DNA of 64,000 bases from Verrucomicrobiota bacterium. GTDB lineage: Bacteria; Verrucomicrobiota; Verrucomicrobiia; Limisphaerales; JACDHS01. Position numbers and translations under genes: made by a program. Below are positions 38,072-46,846 of this stretch, piece by piece (the first letter of the stretch is position 1; the number at the start of each line of letters is the position of its first letter). The notes under the pieces are model-generated. The model worked only from the letters and a program-made list of their open reading frames with translations. It was not told the origin of the DNA and made no database searches. Location: positions 6,246-70,245 of the forward strand of contig JACDHS010000007.1 in assembly GCA_013820875.1 (NCBI GenBank), in the 5' to 3' direction.

Positions 38072-38848
38072 TCAGAACTTCAGGTTCCAATCGTCCCTTC
38101 TATATTTCTCATCTGCAAGGCTGCGATGGTCTGGAATCTCGGAGAGGAGTTGGTGGGCACCCCATACTTCGCGGAGAGCGGCTTTGATTCGTTCAGCCGG
38201 CAGGTTGAGGTTTGTGATAAACGCTTCGTGCGGCCGGTTATGGCGGTAATCCGGTTCTTTGGAAGGCATTTGCAGGAGTTTTGCGATCAACGGGAGATCG
38301 AAATTGAGCAGAAAGGTGCCGTGGAATACAAGGAATTGACGTTTGCGACGTTGAGCGTTGCCGGAGAATTTCAAATTGCTGAGAGCAAGATCGGTGTGGC
38401 CGCGCACAACGGGTGGGGTGATGGAGTGTTGGAGTGTTGGAGTATTGGGACTGTCGGTTTCCACGACTCCATTACTCCAATACTCCATTACTCCCTCAAT
38501 CGCCTTTCTCTGCCGTTCCATGACAAACTCGTTGGTCTTCGGAATGGTTTCCACCTGTGGATTGCCTTCGATTTGCAGGACGAGGTTGTAATTCAGGCAC
38601 CCCGGCCCTTGCAGCACTGTTCCGCCACCGCTGCAGCGGCGTAGTATGGGGACTTTCGCTGTTTCGCAGGCGAGGCGATTTACCTCCAGCTCCACCTTGT
38701 TGGCGTAACCGACGACCACGAAATATTCGGGGGATTCCCAGAAACGGAGCGTTTCTTCCCCGTGGCCGGATTCGCACCAGTCGAGCAAAGCTTCGTCCAT
38801 GGCAAGATTCTCAGCTGGAGTTGGGAGGGATAGATCAAGAAGCTTCAT
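38072..38848 (-). CDS. Lipoate-protein ligase / octanoyltransferase family (BPL/LPL catalytic domain) with an in-frame repeat insertion
   Basis: 258 aa. It contains RR.SGGGTV.QGPG.LNY and KFSGNAQRR. It is divergent from the pyruvate dehydrogenase operon, whose E2 subunit needs lipoylation. Confidence 0.8.
   Translation of the reverse strand: MKLLDLSLPTPAENLAMDEALLDWCESGHGEETLRFWESPEYFVVVGYANKVELEVNRLACETAKVPILRRCSGGGTVLQGPGCLNYNLVLQIEGNPQVETIPKTNEFVMERQRKAIEGVMEYWSNGVVETDSPNTPTLQHSITPPVVRGHTDLALSNLKFSGNAQRRKRQFLVFHGTFLLNFDLPLIAKLLQMPSKEPDYRHNRPHEAFITNLNLPAERIKAALREVWGAHQLLSEIPDHRSLADEKYRRDDWNLKF
38417..38494. repeat. GGAGTATTGGAGT-type palindromic element inside the lplA-like CDS
   Basis: GGAGTGTTGGAGTGTTGGAGTATTGGGA faces TCCATTACTCCAATACTCCATTACTCC across an approximately 18-nt loop. 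It encodes ...EYWSNGVVETDSPNTPTLQHSITP.... Confidence 0.85.
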
Positions 38849-38919
38849 TTGTGCGCATCAGATTCTAATGTATTTTATCGGGCTGTTTGGAAAGGGATTT
38901 CTTCCTGATAACGGTGGAA

Positions 38920-39035
38920 ATTCTTCACCATAGAGGGACTGAGAAGACGGTGATGGGGAGGTGCAGAGTTATATTTGACGGTCAGCAATACGCCTTTTCT
39001 TTCCCTTGTGAGCTCCGTGTCTCGATGGTGGATTC
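38920..39035. repeat. Imperfect palindromic element (CACCATAGAGG / CACGGAGCTCAC type) in the lplA-aceE divergent spacer
   Basis: TTCACCATAGAGGGACTGAGAAGACGGTGA faces GTGAGCTCCGTGTCTCGATGGTGGATTCC, at roughly 70 percent complementarity. Confidence 0.5.
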
Positions 39036-39143
39036 CTTCGGTGTAGAAATCTGCGGTTTGGAATTTGTTAAAAAATAGTTGGCGACGGCGACTCGTGCCC
39101 TTACAACTCTGCCTTTGTTTGCCGCCCGGCGGCACGATCTAAA

Positions 39144-41717
39144 GTGAAACCGAAACGAAAAGACCTCGACATCACATCGCACACGGACAGCGATCCGATC
39201 CGGACTCCGTATACCAATACCATTCCTCCGGAGGATGAACCGCGTTATCCAGGCGACCGTGAAACCGAGCGCCGCATCAAGAGCATCATCCGCTGGAATG
39301 CAATGGCGATGGTGGTCAATGCCAACAGCAAACACGATGGTCTTGGCGGGCATATTTCGAGTTTCGCCTCCAGCGCGACTCTTTACGAAGTCGGCTACAA
39401 TCATTTTTTCCGCGGCGGCGAAGGGGATCGTCCGGCTGACCTGATCTATTTCCAGGGCCATGCCACACCCGGAAACTACGCCCGTGCTTTTCTGGAAGGA
39501 CGTTTGACCGAGCAGCATTTGCGCAATTTTCGGCAGGAGCTTAGTCCCGGCGGCGGTTTGTCTTCCTATCCGCATCCTTATTTGATGCCGGAGTTTTGGC
39601 AGTTCCCGACTGTTTCGATGGGGCTTGGCCCGATCATGTCCCTATACCAGGCCCGTTTCATTCGTTACATGCAGGCCCGTGGACTGCTGAAGAAAGAGAA
39701 TGAACCCAAGATATGGTCCTTCGTCGGTGACGGCGAATCGGATGAACCAGAAACTCTTGGTGCCGCAACACTCGCCTCGCGCGAGAAGCTCGACAACCTG
39801 GTCTGGGTCGTGAATTGCAATTTGCAGCGTTTGGATGGACCGGTTCGCGGCAATGGTAAAATCATTCAAGAACTCGAAGGCTCTTTCCGCGGCGCTGGCT
39901 GGAATGTCATCAAAGTGATTTGGGGTTCCAACTGGGATCCGCTGTTTGCCAAAGATGAGACCGGTCTGCTGCTCAAGCGCATGGAAGAATGCGTGGATGG
40001 TGATTTCCAGAAGTATTCTGTCGAGCCCGGCAGTTACATTCGTCGGCATTTCTTTGGAAAATATCCGGAATTGCTCAGCCTGGTGGCGCATTTAAGCGAT
40101 GATGAATTGCGAAAGCTCACTCGTGGCGGGCACGATCCGCAGAAAGTTTACGCTGCTTTCAAAGCGGCTGTGGAACATAAAGGTGCGCCTACCGTTATTC
40201 TCGCCAAGACCATTAAAGGATATGGCCTGGGTGAAGCAGGCGAAGGCCGCAACATTTCGCACGGTCAGAAAAAGATGAACGAAAAAGAGCTGCGGGAATT
40301 CCGCGCTCGTTTCGACATTCCCATTTCCGACGAAGAAATCGCGGAGTATCCGTTCTATCGGCCATCACCGGACTCGCACGTCATCAAGTATTTGCAGGAT
40401 CGCCGGAAGAAACTCGGCGGCTACGTTCCCAAGCGGGAAGTAAAGGCTGCTCCGCTGCAGATTCCACCGATCTCGACGTTTGCTTACGCACTCAAAGGGA
40501 CGGGGAAGACGCGCGTGGGTTCGACGACGAAAGGTTTTGCCGAAACCATCAAGTCGCTAATGCGGGACAAAACGGTAGGGCGCCATGTCGTGCCGATCAT
40601 TCCTGACGAAGCGCGCACCTTCGGCATGGATACGATGTTTTCCGAGTTCGGAATCTATTCCTCCAAGGGTCAGCTTTATGAACCTGTGGATCGGGAAGCG
40701 ATTGCCTATTACAAAGAAGCGAAGGATGGACAGATCCTTGAAGAAGGCATCACGGAAGCAGGCGCCATTTCTTCCTTCGTCGCGGCTGGCACCGCCTACG
40801 CCAATCATGGCGTCAACATGATTCCGTTCTACATCTTCTATTCGATGTTCGGTTTCCAACGTGTTGGCGATCAGATTTGGCTCGCGGGTGATAGTCGTTG
40901 CAAAGGTTTTCTGCTCGGGGCGACTTACGGTCGGACCACCCTGAATGGCGAAGGTTTGCAGCACGAAGATGGTCATACGTTGCTCATGGCGAGCACTGTT
41001 CCAAACATTTTTGCCTATGATCCGGCGTTTGATTTCGAAACTGCCGTCATCATCCATGATGGACTCAAGCGGATGTACGAGAAGGGCGAAGAAATCTTCT
41101 ATTACATCACCCTTTACAACGAAGATTATCAAATGCCTGCGATGCCGGAAGTTGAAGGTATCGAAGAAGGCATTCTGAAGGGGCTTTATAAATTCAAGGC
41201 TGGCGAAAAAGGAAAATACAAAGCGCAGATCTTCGGCAGTGGTTCCATCATCCGCCAGGCGTTGAGAGCGCAGGAAATTCTCGCGGAAAAATACAATGTT
41301 TCCGCCGACGTCTGGAGCGCCACCAATTACAAATCACTTCGCAACGACGCTTTGAAATGTGATCGTTGGAACATGCTGCATCCGACCGAAACACCGAAGC
41401 AATCCTACGTTGAATCGCTCTTGCAGAAGGAAAAGGGACCGTTCATTGCCGTATCCGATTCGTTGAAACTGGTTCCCGAACAAATTCGGCCATGGGTTCC
41501 AGGTCACTTTACGGTGCTCGGGACGGACGGCTTTGGTCGCAGCGAAACGCGTCCGAATCTGCGACGGTTCTTTGAGATTGATGCCGAATGCACGGTCATC
41601 GCGACACTTTGGGCACTGGCCAAAGAAGGGGCGATTGAAAAGAAAGTCGTCGCGCAAGCGATCAAGGATCTTGGGGTGAACCCGGACAAAGTGTTCCCGG
41701 AAATACTCTCCGCGTAA
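39144..41717 (+). CDS. aceE: Pyruvate dehydrogenase E1 component (homodimeric AceE type)
   Basis: 857 aa with a GTG start as listed. RIKSIIRWNAMAMV, GGHISSFASSATLYEVGYNHFFRG and FVGDGESDEPE align with E. coli AceE as I recall it. Confidence 0.9.
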   Translation: MKPKRKDLDITSHTDSDPIRTPYTNTIPPEDEPRYPGDRETERRIKSIIRWNAMAMVVNANSKHDGLGGHISSFASSATLYEVGYNHFFRGGEGDRPADLIYFQGHATPGNYARAFLEGRLTEQHLRNFRQELSPGGGLSSYPHPYLMPEFWQFPTVSMGLGPIMSLYQARFIRYMQARGLLKKENEPKIWSFVGDGESDEPETLGAATLASREKLDNLVWVVNCNLQRLDGPVRGNGKIIQELEGSFRGAGWNVIKVIWGSNWDPLFAKDETGLLLKRMEECVDGDFQKYSVEPGSYIRRHFFGKYPELLSLVAHLSDDELRKLTRGGHDPQKVYAAFKAAVEHKGAPTVILAKTIKGYGLGEAGEGRNISHGQKKMNEKELREFRARFDIPISDEEIAEYPFYRPSPDSHVIKYLQDRRKKLGGYVPKREVKAAPLQIPPISTFAYALKGTGKTRVGSTTKGFAETIKSLMRDKTVGRHVVPIIPDEARTFGMDTMFSEFGIYSSKGQLYEPVDREAIAYYKEAKDGQILEEGITEAGAISSFVAAGTAYANHGVNMIPFYIFYSMFGFQRVGDQIWLAGDSRCKGFLLGATYGRTTLNGEGLQHEDGHTLLMASTVPNIFAYDPAFDFETAVIIHDGLKRMYEKGEEIFYYITLYNEDYQMPAMPEVEGIEEGILKGLYKFKAGEKGKYKAQIFGSGSIIRQALRAQEILAEKYNVSADVWSATNYKSLRNDALKCDRWNMLHPTETPKQSYVESLLQKEKGPFIAVSDSLKLVPEQIRPWVPGHFTVLGTDGFGRSETRPNLRRFFEIDAECTVIATLWALAKEGAIEKKVVAQAIKDLGVNPDKVFPEILSA

Positions 41718-41744
41718 TGAAACCCCGGTTTGAGACCAAACGGA

Positions 41745-41815
41745 GCATTGGAGCAATGGAGTGCTGGATTATTGCGCTTATTCCATTTTTCCATTACTCC
41801 ATTACCCCACGTTTT
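41745..41815. repeat. GGAGCAATGGAGT-type palindromic element in the aceE-aceF spacer
   Basis: TTGGAGCAATGGAGTGCTGGATTATTG faces TTATTCCATTTTTCCATTACTCCATTACC. This is the same family as 38417-38494 and the single arm CACTCCAATACTCCAATGCC at about 43128-43150. Confidence 0.75.
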
Positions 41816-41819
41816 TAAT

Positions 41820-43127
41820 ATGGACTTCAGATTACCAACTCTTGGCGAAGGCGCTGATTCCGGCACCGTCGTCAATATCCTCGTCAACGAAGGCGATACC
41901 ATTACCAAAGGCCAGACGGTCATCGAACTGGAAACCGGCAAAGCAGTGACGCCGATTCCTTCAGCCGTCGCCGGGCAGATCACCAAGCTGCTCGTCAAAG
42001 AAGGTCAAAAACTTTCCGTTGGCGCGCCCATCCTTTCCGTATCCGGTGATGCTGCGGGATCGGATGAAGCCCCTGCTGCCGCTGCTCCGAAGAGAGCGGG
42101 GGGCAAACCTGCGGCGAAGAAAGTTTCCAAACCAGAACCAGAGGAAGAAGAAACGGAAGAAGCAGAATCCGAAGAGGATTTTGAATATTCAGGCGATCAA
42201 CCTCCGCCAGCCTCTCCCTCTTTGCGCCGCCTGGCTCAAGACCTTGGCATTAATCTCCGCAAAGTCCGCGGGAGCGAAGGTGGCGGGCGCATTGTTCTCA
42301 CCGATCTCAAAGCCTATATCGCCAATCTCCAGGCGCTCGCGAAAAAAGCACAGGCTCCTGCCGCTGCAGCGCCGGGTGCGCAAGCCAAGCCTGTTGCAGC
42401 GCCGGTTGATTTCTCACGTTTCGGTTCCATTTACAAACGTCCAATGACCCCGTTGCGGAAAGTTATTTCGCAACGCATGGCCGAAAACTGGAATGCAATT
42501 CCGCACGTCACCCAGTTCGATAACATCGACCTGACGAACCTCATGGCGATGCGCAAAAAATACGTGGAAGCCTACGAGAAGAAGGGTGCCAAACTGACCG
42601 TCACTGCACTTTCCTTAAAGGCAGTGGTTAACGCGCTGAAGAAACATCCGATCTTCAACTCGAGCCTCGACGAGGTGGCTGAAGAAATCGTTTTCAAGGA
42701 ATATTTCCACATCGGCATCGCCGTGGATACTGACCAGGGACTTATCGTTCCGGTGATTCGCAATGCGGATAAGAAATCGATTTTCGAACTGGCTAAAGAA
42801 TTGGCTGAGCTCGCGGAGAAAACACGGGACCGCAAAGTCTCGATGGAAGATCTGCAGGGCGGCACCTTTACGATTTCGAACCAGGGCTCATTCGGCGGCG
42901 CTCATTTCACTCCGATTGTTAACCGACCGGAAGTCGCCATTCTCGGAATGGGCAAAGGCGCGATGCAACCGGTGGTGACAAAGGACGGCAAGATTGAAGC
43001 GCACAGTGTGTTGCCGGTCGGACTGTCCTACGATCATCGGGTGATCGATGGTGGCAGTGCCGCCCGATTCATGGTGGATCTCGTCAATGAGTTCCAAAAC
43101 TTCAACGAAGCAGATGTGAAGATTTAA
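41820..43127 (+). CDS. aceF: Dihydrolipoamide acetyltransferase (PDH E2), single lipoyl domain
   Basis: ATG at 41820 gives MDFRLPTLGEGADSGTVVNILV...ELETGKAV (lipoyl-Lys motif). It has an Ala/Pro/Glu linker, the subunit-binding domain (SPSLRRLAQDLGINL) and the catalytic site DHRVIDG. Confidence 0.9.
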   Translation: MDFRLPTLGEGADSGTVVNILVNEGDTITKGQTVIELETGKAVTPIPSAVAGQITKLLVKEGQKLSVGAPILSVSGDAAGSDEAPAAAAPKRAGGKPAAKKVSKPEPEEEETEEAESEEDFEYSGDQPPPASPSLRRLAQDLGINLRKVRGSEGGGRIVLTDLKAYIANLQALAKKAQAPAAAAPGAQAKPVAAPVDFSRFGSIYKRPMTPLRKVISQRMAENWNAIPHVTQFDNIDLTNLMAMRKKYVEAYEKKGAKLTVTALSLKAVVNALKKHPIFNSSLDEVAEEIVFKEYFHIGIAVDTDQGLIVPVIRNADKKSIFELAKELAELAEKTRDRKVSMEDLQGGTFTISNQGSFGGAHFTPIVNRPEVAILGMGKGAMQPVVTKDGKIEAHSVLPVGLSYDHRVIDGGSAARFMVDLVNEFQNFNEADVKI

Positions 43128-43166
43128 TGCCAGCACTCCAATACTCCAATGCCCCCCTCTCCTAAC

Positions 43167-44582
43167 ATGGAAACAATTAAAACTGAAATCGTCGTTGTGG
43201 GTGCCGGGCCTGGCGGGTACGCCGCGGCGTTCTACGCTGCTGACCTTGGCAAAAAAGTCATTCTCATCGAGCAGGACACCAAGCTCGGCGGCGTTTGCCT
43301 GAACCGCGGTTGCATCCCCTCCAAGGCATTGCTGCATGCAACCAAGATGATCAACGAAGCCAAACAATCGGCAAATCGCGGAATTACTTTCGATGCGCCG
43401 AAGGTGGACGTCAGCAAATTGCGCGATTGGAAAAACTCGGTTGTGCAAAAGCTTTCGGGCGGTATCGCGCAACTCGCCAAAGCTCGTGGCGTCGAAGTGA
43501 TGTATGGTCGTGGACACTTTGATGGCTCGCAGAAACTGCGCGTTGAAACCGAGGATGGCCAGAAGTGGGTCGAGTATGACAAAGCGATCATTGCCGTCGG
43601 TTCCAAACCGGCGATGCCGAAGATTTTTGATCTGGGCAATCCGCGGGTGATGACAAGCACCGAAGCACTCGAAGTCGAAGAAGTGCCCGAAGACATGCTC
43701 GTCATTGGTGGCGGATACATTGGGATGGAGTTGGGCACTGTTTACGCCTCTCTTGGCACAAAAGTCACCGTGATCGAAGCGATGGATTCGATCCTCGCCG
43801 GCGCTGATCCAGACCTGATTCGTCCCGTCGTTAAATACGCGGAGAAGAATTTCAAAGAAGTTCGTTACAAAGCGAAAGTCGTGAAGATGGCCACCAAAGG
43901 AAAAAAGATCCAGGTCATCAGTGAAAAGGATGGTCAACAAACCGAAGAACTTTACGACCGTGTTTTGGTTTCCGTCGGCCGCGTGCCGAACAACAAAGAT
44001 CTCGGGCTGGAAACAACCAAGATCGAGATGGATGAAAAAGGTTTCATCAAGGTCAACGAAACCATGCAAACCAGTGATGCGAATATCTATGCCATCGGCG
44101 ACATCGCTGGCGGTGTGATGCTGGCGCATAAAGCTTCTCGCGAAGCGCGTATTGCGATTGAAAACATTGCTGGCGAAGGTGCGATCAACAAAGACATCGT
44201 CATCCCGGCTGTTGTGTTTACCGAACCTGAAGTTGCCTGGGCCGGCATCACCGAAGCCGAAGCGAAAGCCAAAGGCATCGCAGTGAACATTGCCAAGTTC
44301 CCATGGGCCGCCTCTGGACGTGCGCTCACCTTTGACCATGCTGAAGGTGTCACCAAGCTTATCCTGGAACCCGACACCGACCGCATTCTTGGCGTGGGTA
44401 TTGTTGGCCATGGTGCAGGTGAACTGATTGGCGAAGCTGTCGTGGCCATTGAGATGGGAGCGAATGCCAAGGATCTTGCGCTTTGTGTGCATCCGCACCC
44501 GACTGTCTCCGAGACCATGATGGAAGCTGCGGAAGCTTTCTACGGGCACGCGACCCATATCTACGCTCGGAAGAAGCAGTAA
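43167..44582 (+). CDS. lpdA: Dihydrolipoyl dehydrogenase (E3)
   Basis: ATG at 43167. It has the FAD motif VVVGAGPGGY, the redox-active GGVCLNRGCIPSK, the NAD motif VIGGGYIGMELG and the C-terminal HPHPTVSE. Confidence 0.92.
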   Translation: METIKTEIVVVGAGPGGYAAAFYAADLGKKVILIEQDTKLGGVCLNRGCIPSKALLHATKMINEAKQSANRGITFDAPKVDVSKLRDWKNSVVQKLSGGIAQLAKARGVEVMYGRGHFDGSQKLRVETEDGQKWVEYDKAIIAVGSKPAMPKIFDLGNPRVMTSTEALEVEEVPEDMLVIGGGYIGMELGTVYASLGTKVTVIEAMDSILAGADPDLIRPVVKYAEKNFKEVRYKAKVVKMATKGKKIQVISEKDGQQTEELYDRVLVSVGRVPNNKDLGLETTKIEMDEKGFIKVNETMQTSDANIYAIGDIAGGVMLAHKASREARIAIENIAGEGAINKDIVIPAVVFTEPEVAWAGITEAEAKAKGIAVNIAKFPWAASGRALTFDHAEGVTKLILEPDTDRILGVGIVGHGAGELIGEAVVAIEMGANAKDLALCVHPHPTVSETMMEAAEAFYGHATHIYARKKQ

Positions 44583-44625
44583 GTGCCAATTGTCTTTGTC
44601 GGCAGTTGAGGATTATAGTGCAGCC

Positions 44626-44874
44626 ATGAACATTGGCGTTCTATTTGAAAAGGTTGAAGATCCGGGATTTCCTCCCGGCTTTTACTACGCTCATGTTCCA
44701 AGTCTCGGGTTGACCACTCAAGGCGAAGGAATCGACAACGCGAGAAAGGCAGCGATCGATCTGGTGCAACTCTGGATCGCGGAAAAAAAGGCGAGTGGGG
44801 AACCTATTCCATCCGGCAGCGAGATTCTGTTTTCCACATTAGAAATCCCCGACGATGCCTTACAAAGCGCGTGA
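44626..44874 (+). CDS. hicB: HicB-family antitoxin (UPF0150-type)
   Basis: ATG at 44626 with GAGGA 13 nt upstream. The sequence is [51 protein letters not shown], a HicB N-terminal fold pattern. It overlaps hicA by 20 nt. Confidence 0.7.
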   Translation: MNIGVLFEKVEDPGFPPGFYYAHVPSLGLTTQGEGIDNARKAAIDLVQLWIAEKKASGEPIPSGSEILFSTLEIPDDALQSA

Positions 44875-45061
44875 GGTTCTGTCGAAGCTCCAGCACGCCG
44901 GATTTGTCATCAAACGGCAATCGGGTTCACACGTAATTCTCAGGCATTCAGATGGACGCCAAACCTACGTTGCGATGCATCCTGGTGACTTGCCGACTGG
45001 CACCTTCCGGGCAATTCTGAAGCAAGCTAATCTGAGCGAAGAAGAGTTTCGCAATTTGTGA
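44855..45061 (+). CDS. hicA: HicA-family mRNA interferase toxin
   Basis: 68 aa. [56 protein letters not shown] is the classic YcfA/HicA pattern (G.H....). Confidence 0.85.
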   Translation: MPYKAREVLSKLQHAGFVIKRQSGSHVILRHSDGRQTYVAMHPGDLPTGTFRAILKQANLSEEEFRNL

Positions 45062-45945
45062 ATCCACCCGATGACATCCCCAAACTCCGAATGGCGCCGC
45101 GTGAATCGGCGGAGGACCTGGCGCACCGGTTCGAACGCGAGGCCCGACTGGTTCGCGAGCATCGAGAAAGTGAACTGTCGAATTCTCTTGCTCCCTTCCG
45201 GGTCGGTTCCGTCCCGTATTTGAATGCCGTTCCACTCACGCGCGGATTGGAAGAAGAGATTACTTTTCTTCCCCCTTCCCAACTCGCGATCAAGCTTCAG
45301 CAAAACGAACTCGATGCTGCCCTCGTCAGCGTGACGGAAGTGCTTTTCAACGATCGCTACGACATACTCGATGGAGTGGCGGTGGCATCGCTTGGGGAAG
45401 TGAAGAGTGTTTTCCTCGCCCACAAACAACCGCTTGCAGAGATCCGCGAGATTTATTGCGACACCGCTTCTCTCACCAGTGTTAACCTGTTGAAAGTGCT
45501 TCTCGCTGAAAAAAATTTAAAGCCCGAATTCAAACCCTTGCCGAGTTATGACGCTGCCCCGCAATGCGACAATGTCCTTCTCATCGGGGATCGCGGGATC
45601 GATTTCCTCCTGGCGCAGCATCCGCATGAGATTTGGGATCTGGGCGCGGCCTGGCTTGAAATGACTCAACTCCCTTTCGTTTACGCCGTCTGGGCGTTGC
45701 GACGTGGGATGGAAAATGATCTGCTCCGACGCCAACTCCGGGGAGCGAAAGACTTCGGCCTGGATACGCTCGAACATATCATTCGCACCCGCACCGAATA
45801 CGATTTGCAGTTCCGCCAGGATTATCTCGGTTGGCATATCCATTACCATCTCGGGGCTGATGAGAAACGCGGGTTAGCCCGGTTCATCGAGCTTCTGCGC
45901 AAACACGGGTTTGGTCCTGTCTTCGACCCGCGTTTTGTGAGTTAA
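45058..45945 (+). CDS. mqnA: Chorismate dehydratase MqnA (futalosine pathway); start uncertain
   Basis: [18 protein letters not shown] is the typical MqnA N-terminus, and YAVWALRR lies in the periplasmic-binding-like fold. The listed GTG at 45058 overlaps the hicA stop. ATG at 45091 is an alternative start. Either start leaves an unusual N-terminal extension of about 35-45 aa. Confidence 0.75.
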   Translation: MNPPDDIPKLRMAPRESAEDLAHRFEREARLVREHRESELSNSLAPFRVGSVPYLNAVPLTRGLEEEITFLPPSQLAIKLQQNELDAALVSVTEVLFNDRYDILDGVAVASLGEVKSVFLAHKQPLAEIREIYCDTASLTSVNLLKVLLAEKNLKPEFKPLPSYDAAPQCDNVLLIGDRGIDFLLAQHPHEIWDLGAAWLEMTQLPFVYAVWALRRGMENDLLRRQLRGAKDFGLDTLEHIIRTRTEYDLQFRQDYLGWHIHYHLGADEKRGLARFIELLRKHGFGPVFDPRFVS

Positions 45946-46139
45946 TGCTTTCCGTTTCGTACCGTCAGGTGTGCGGTGAATGGTAGGACTGATCGCATCG
46001 AATCGCGTTCTTTTCAGTCACAAAGCATATTATGGGATTTATCGATTCAATAGGAATTCGCGTGGTTTGCGGACAGGTGCGAAAGCTTCATCCGGGTGAA
46101 TTGTTGAAAAATAAGGGTTTTTTCACTTAGGTCGCCAGA

Positions 46140-46400
46140 AACGTGGGCGACACGGTCTCATGGTTAACTTTCTTTTCCGGAAACGCCACCGAGACGGTCT
46201 CATGGCCACCTTTTTTTCCGGAAACGCCGCCGAGACGGTCTCACGACCACCTTTCTTTTCCGGAAACGCCGTCGAGACGGTCTCATGGCTACCTATTTTT
46301 TCCGGGAACGTCGCCGAGACGGTCTCATGGTTAACTTTTTTTTCCGGAAACGTCGTCGAAACGGTCTCACGACGACTTTTTTTTCATATCAAAACGGTTC
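46140..46400. repeat. Tandem array A3: 41-42-bp unit, about 6 copies
   Basis: ACGGTCTC recurs at 46152, 46194, 46235, 46277, 46319 and 46361. The unit is roughly GAGACGGTCTCATGGCCACCTTTTTTTCCGGAAACGCCGCC. It contains the palindromes GAGAC-G-GTCTC and TTTCCGGAAA plus a T tract. Confidence 0.9.
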
Positions 46401-46507
46401 AGATGGTCTCCTGACTTGCCTTCCGGAGACTCAGAAATGAAGGCATTCGTTGCGCGGGTTCCTCGCCGGATTTTAGGGTCTGATTGGGTATGGCGCCTTT
46501 AAGAGAA

Positions 46508-46837
46508 GGAACCACGAATGTACACCAATGAACACTAATCCTAAAAACCGCAGTTTAACCGCTAATCTGCGCTAATAGTCGCTAATGGAAAAGCGGTTAC
46601 GTGAAAACAAAGGCTTCACCCCAACAGGTAGTTGGCTTTTTCAAGCGGCATTCTTCGCAATCCCCTCTGATTAGCGGTCATTAGCGTAGATTAGCGGTAT
46701 TGAACTGCCTCGGATTTAGGCTAATTAGGATGGCCAGAATTCCGCATCATAGTCGGCCCACCACATGGTGAATTGAATCATACAACAACAGGGTGTAATC
46801 AAACTCGGTTCCTTATTGGTGTTTATTCGTGGTCACG
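46508..46837. repeat. Composite 330-bp element with nested inverted repeats made of triple short motifs
   Basis: The outer arm GGAACCACGAATGTACACCAATGAACACTAAT (46508-46539) faces GGTTCCTTATTGGTGTTTATTCGTGGTCAC (46808-46837). The inner arm AACCGCTAATCTGCGCTAATAGTCGCTAATGG (46558-46588) faces CTGATTAGCGGTCATTAGCGTAGATTAGCGGTAT (46667-46700). Confidence 0.8.
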
Positions 46838-46846
46838 GAGCAACCT

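Noticed and set aside
42888-44558. 556-aa ORF antisense to lpdA, and similar long antisense ORFs. These are 11883-12998 vs dinB, 15752-16597 vs pilT, 17667-18815 vs the acyl-CoA ligase, 21179-22063 vs uvrA, 37244-38062 vs tkt, 847-1626 and others vs the heme-binding protein, and 36608-37189 vs tkt.
   Set aside because: Each lies opposite a gene with unmistakable family motifs. Their translations are Arg/Gly/His-rich low-complexity sequence with no recognisable domains, as is typical of shadow ORFs in moderately GC-rich DNA.
46143-46414. ORFs 46143-46334 and 46160-46414 across array A3
   Set aside because: The repeat period is 41-42 bp, so the frame changes from unit to unit. The predicted peptides are just repeat read-through.
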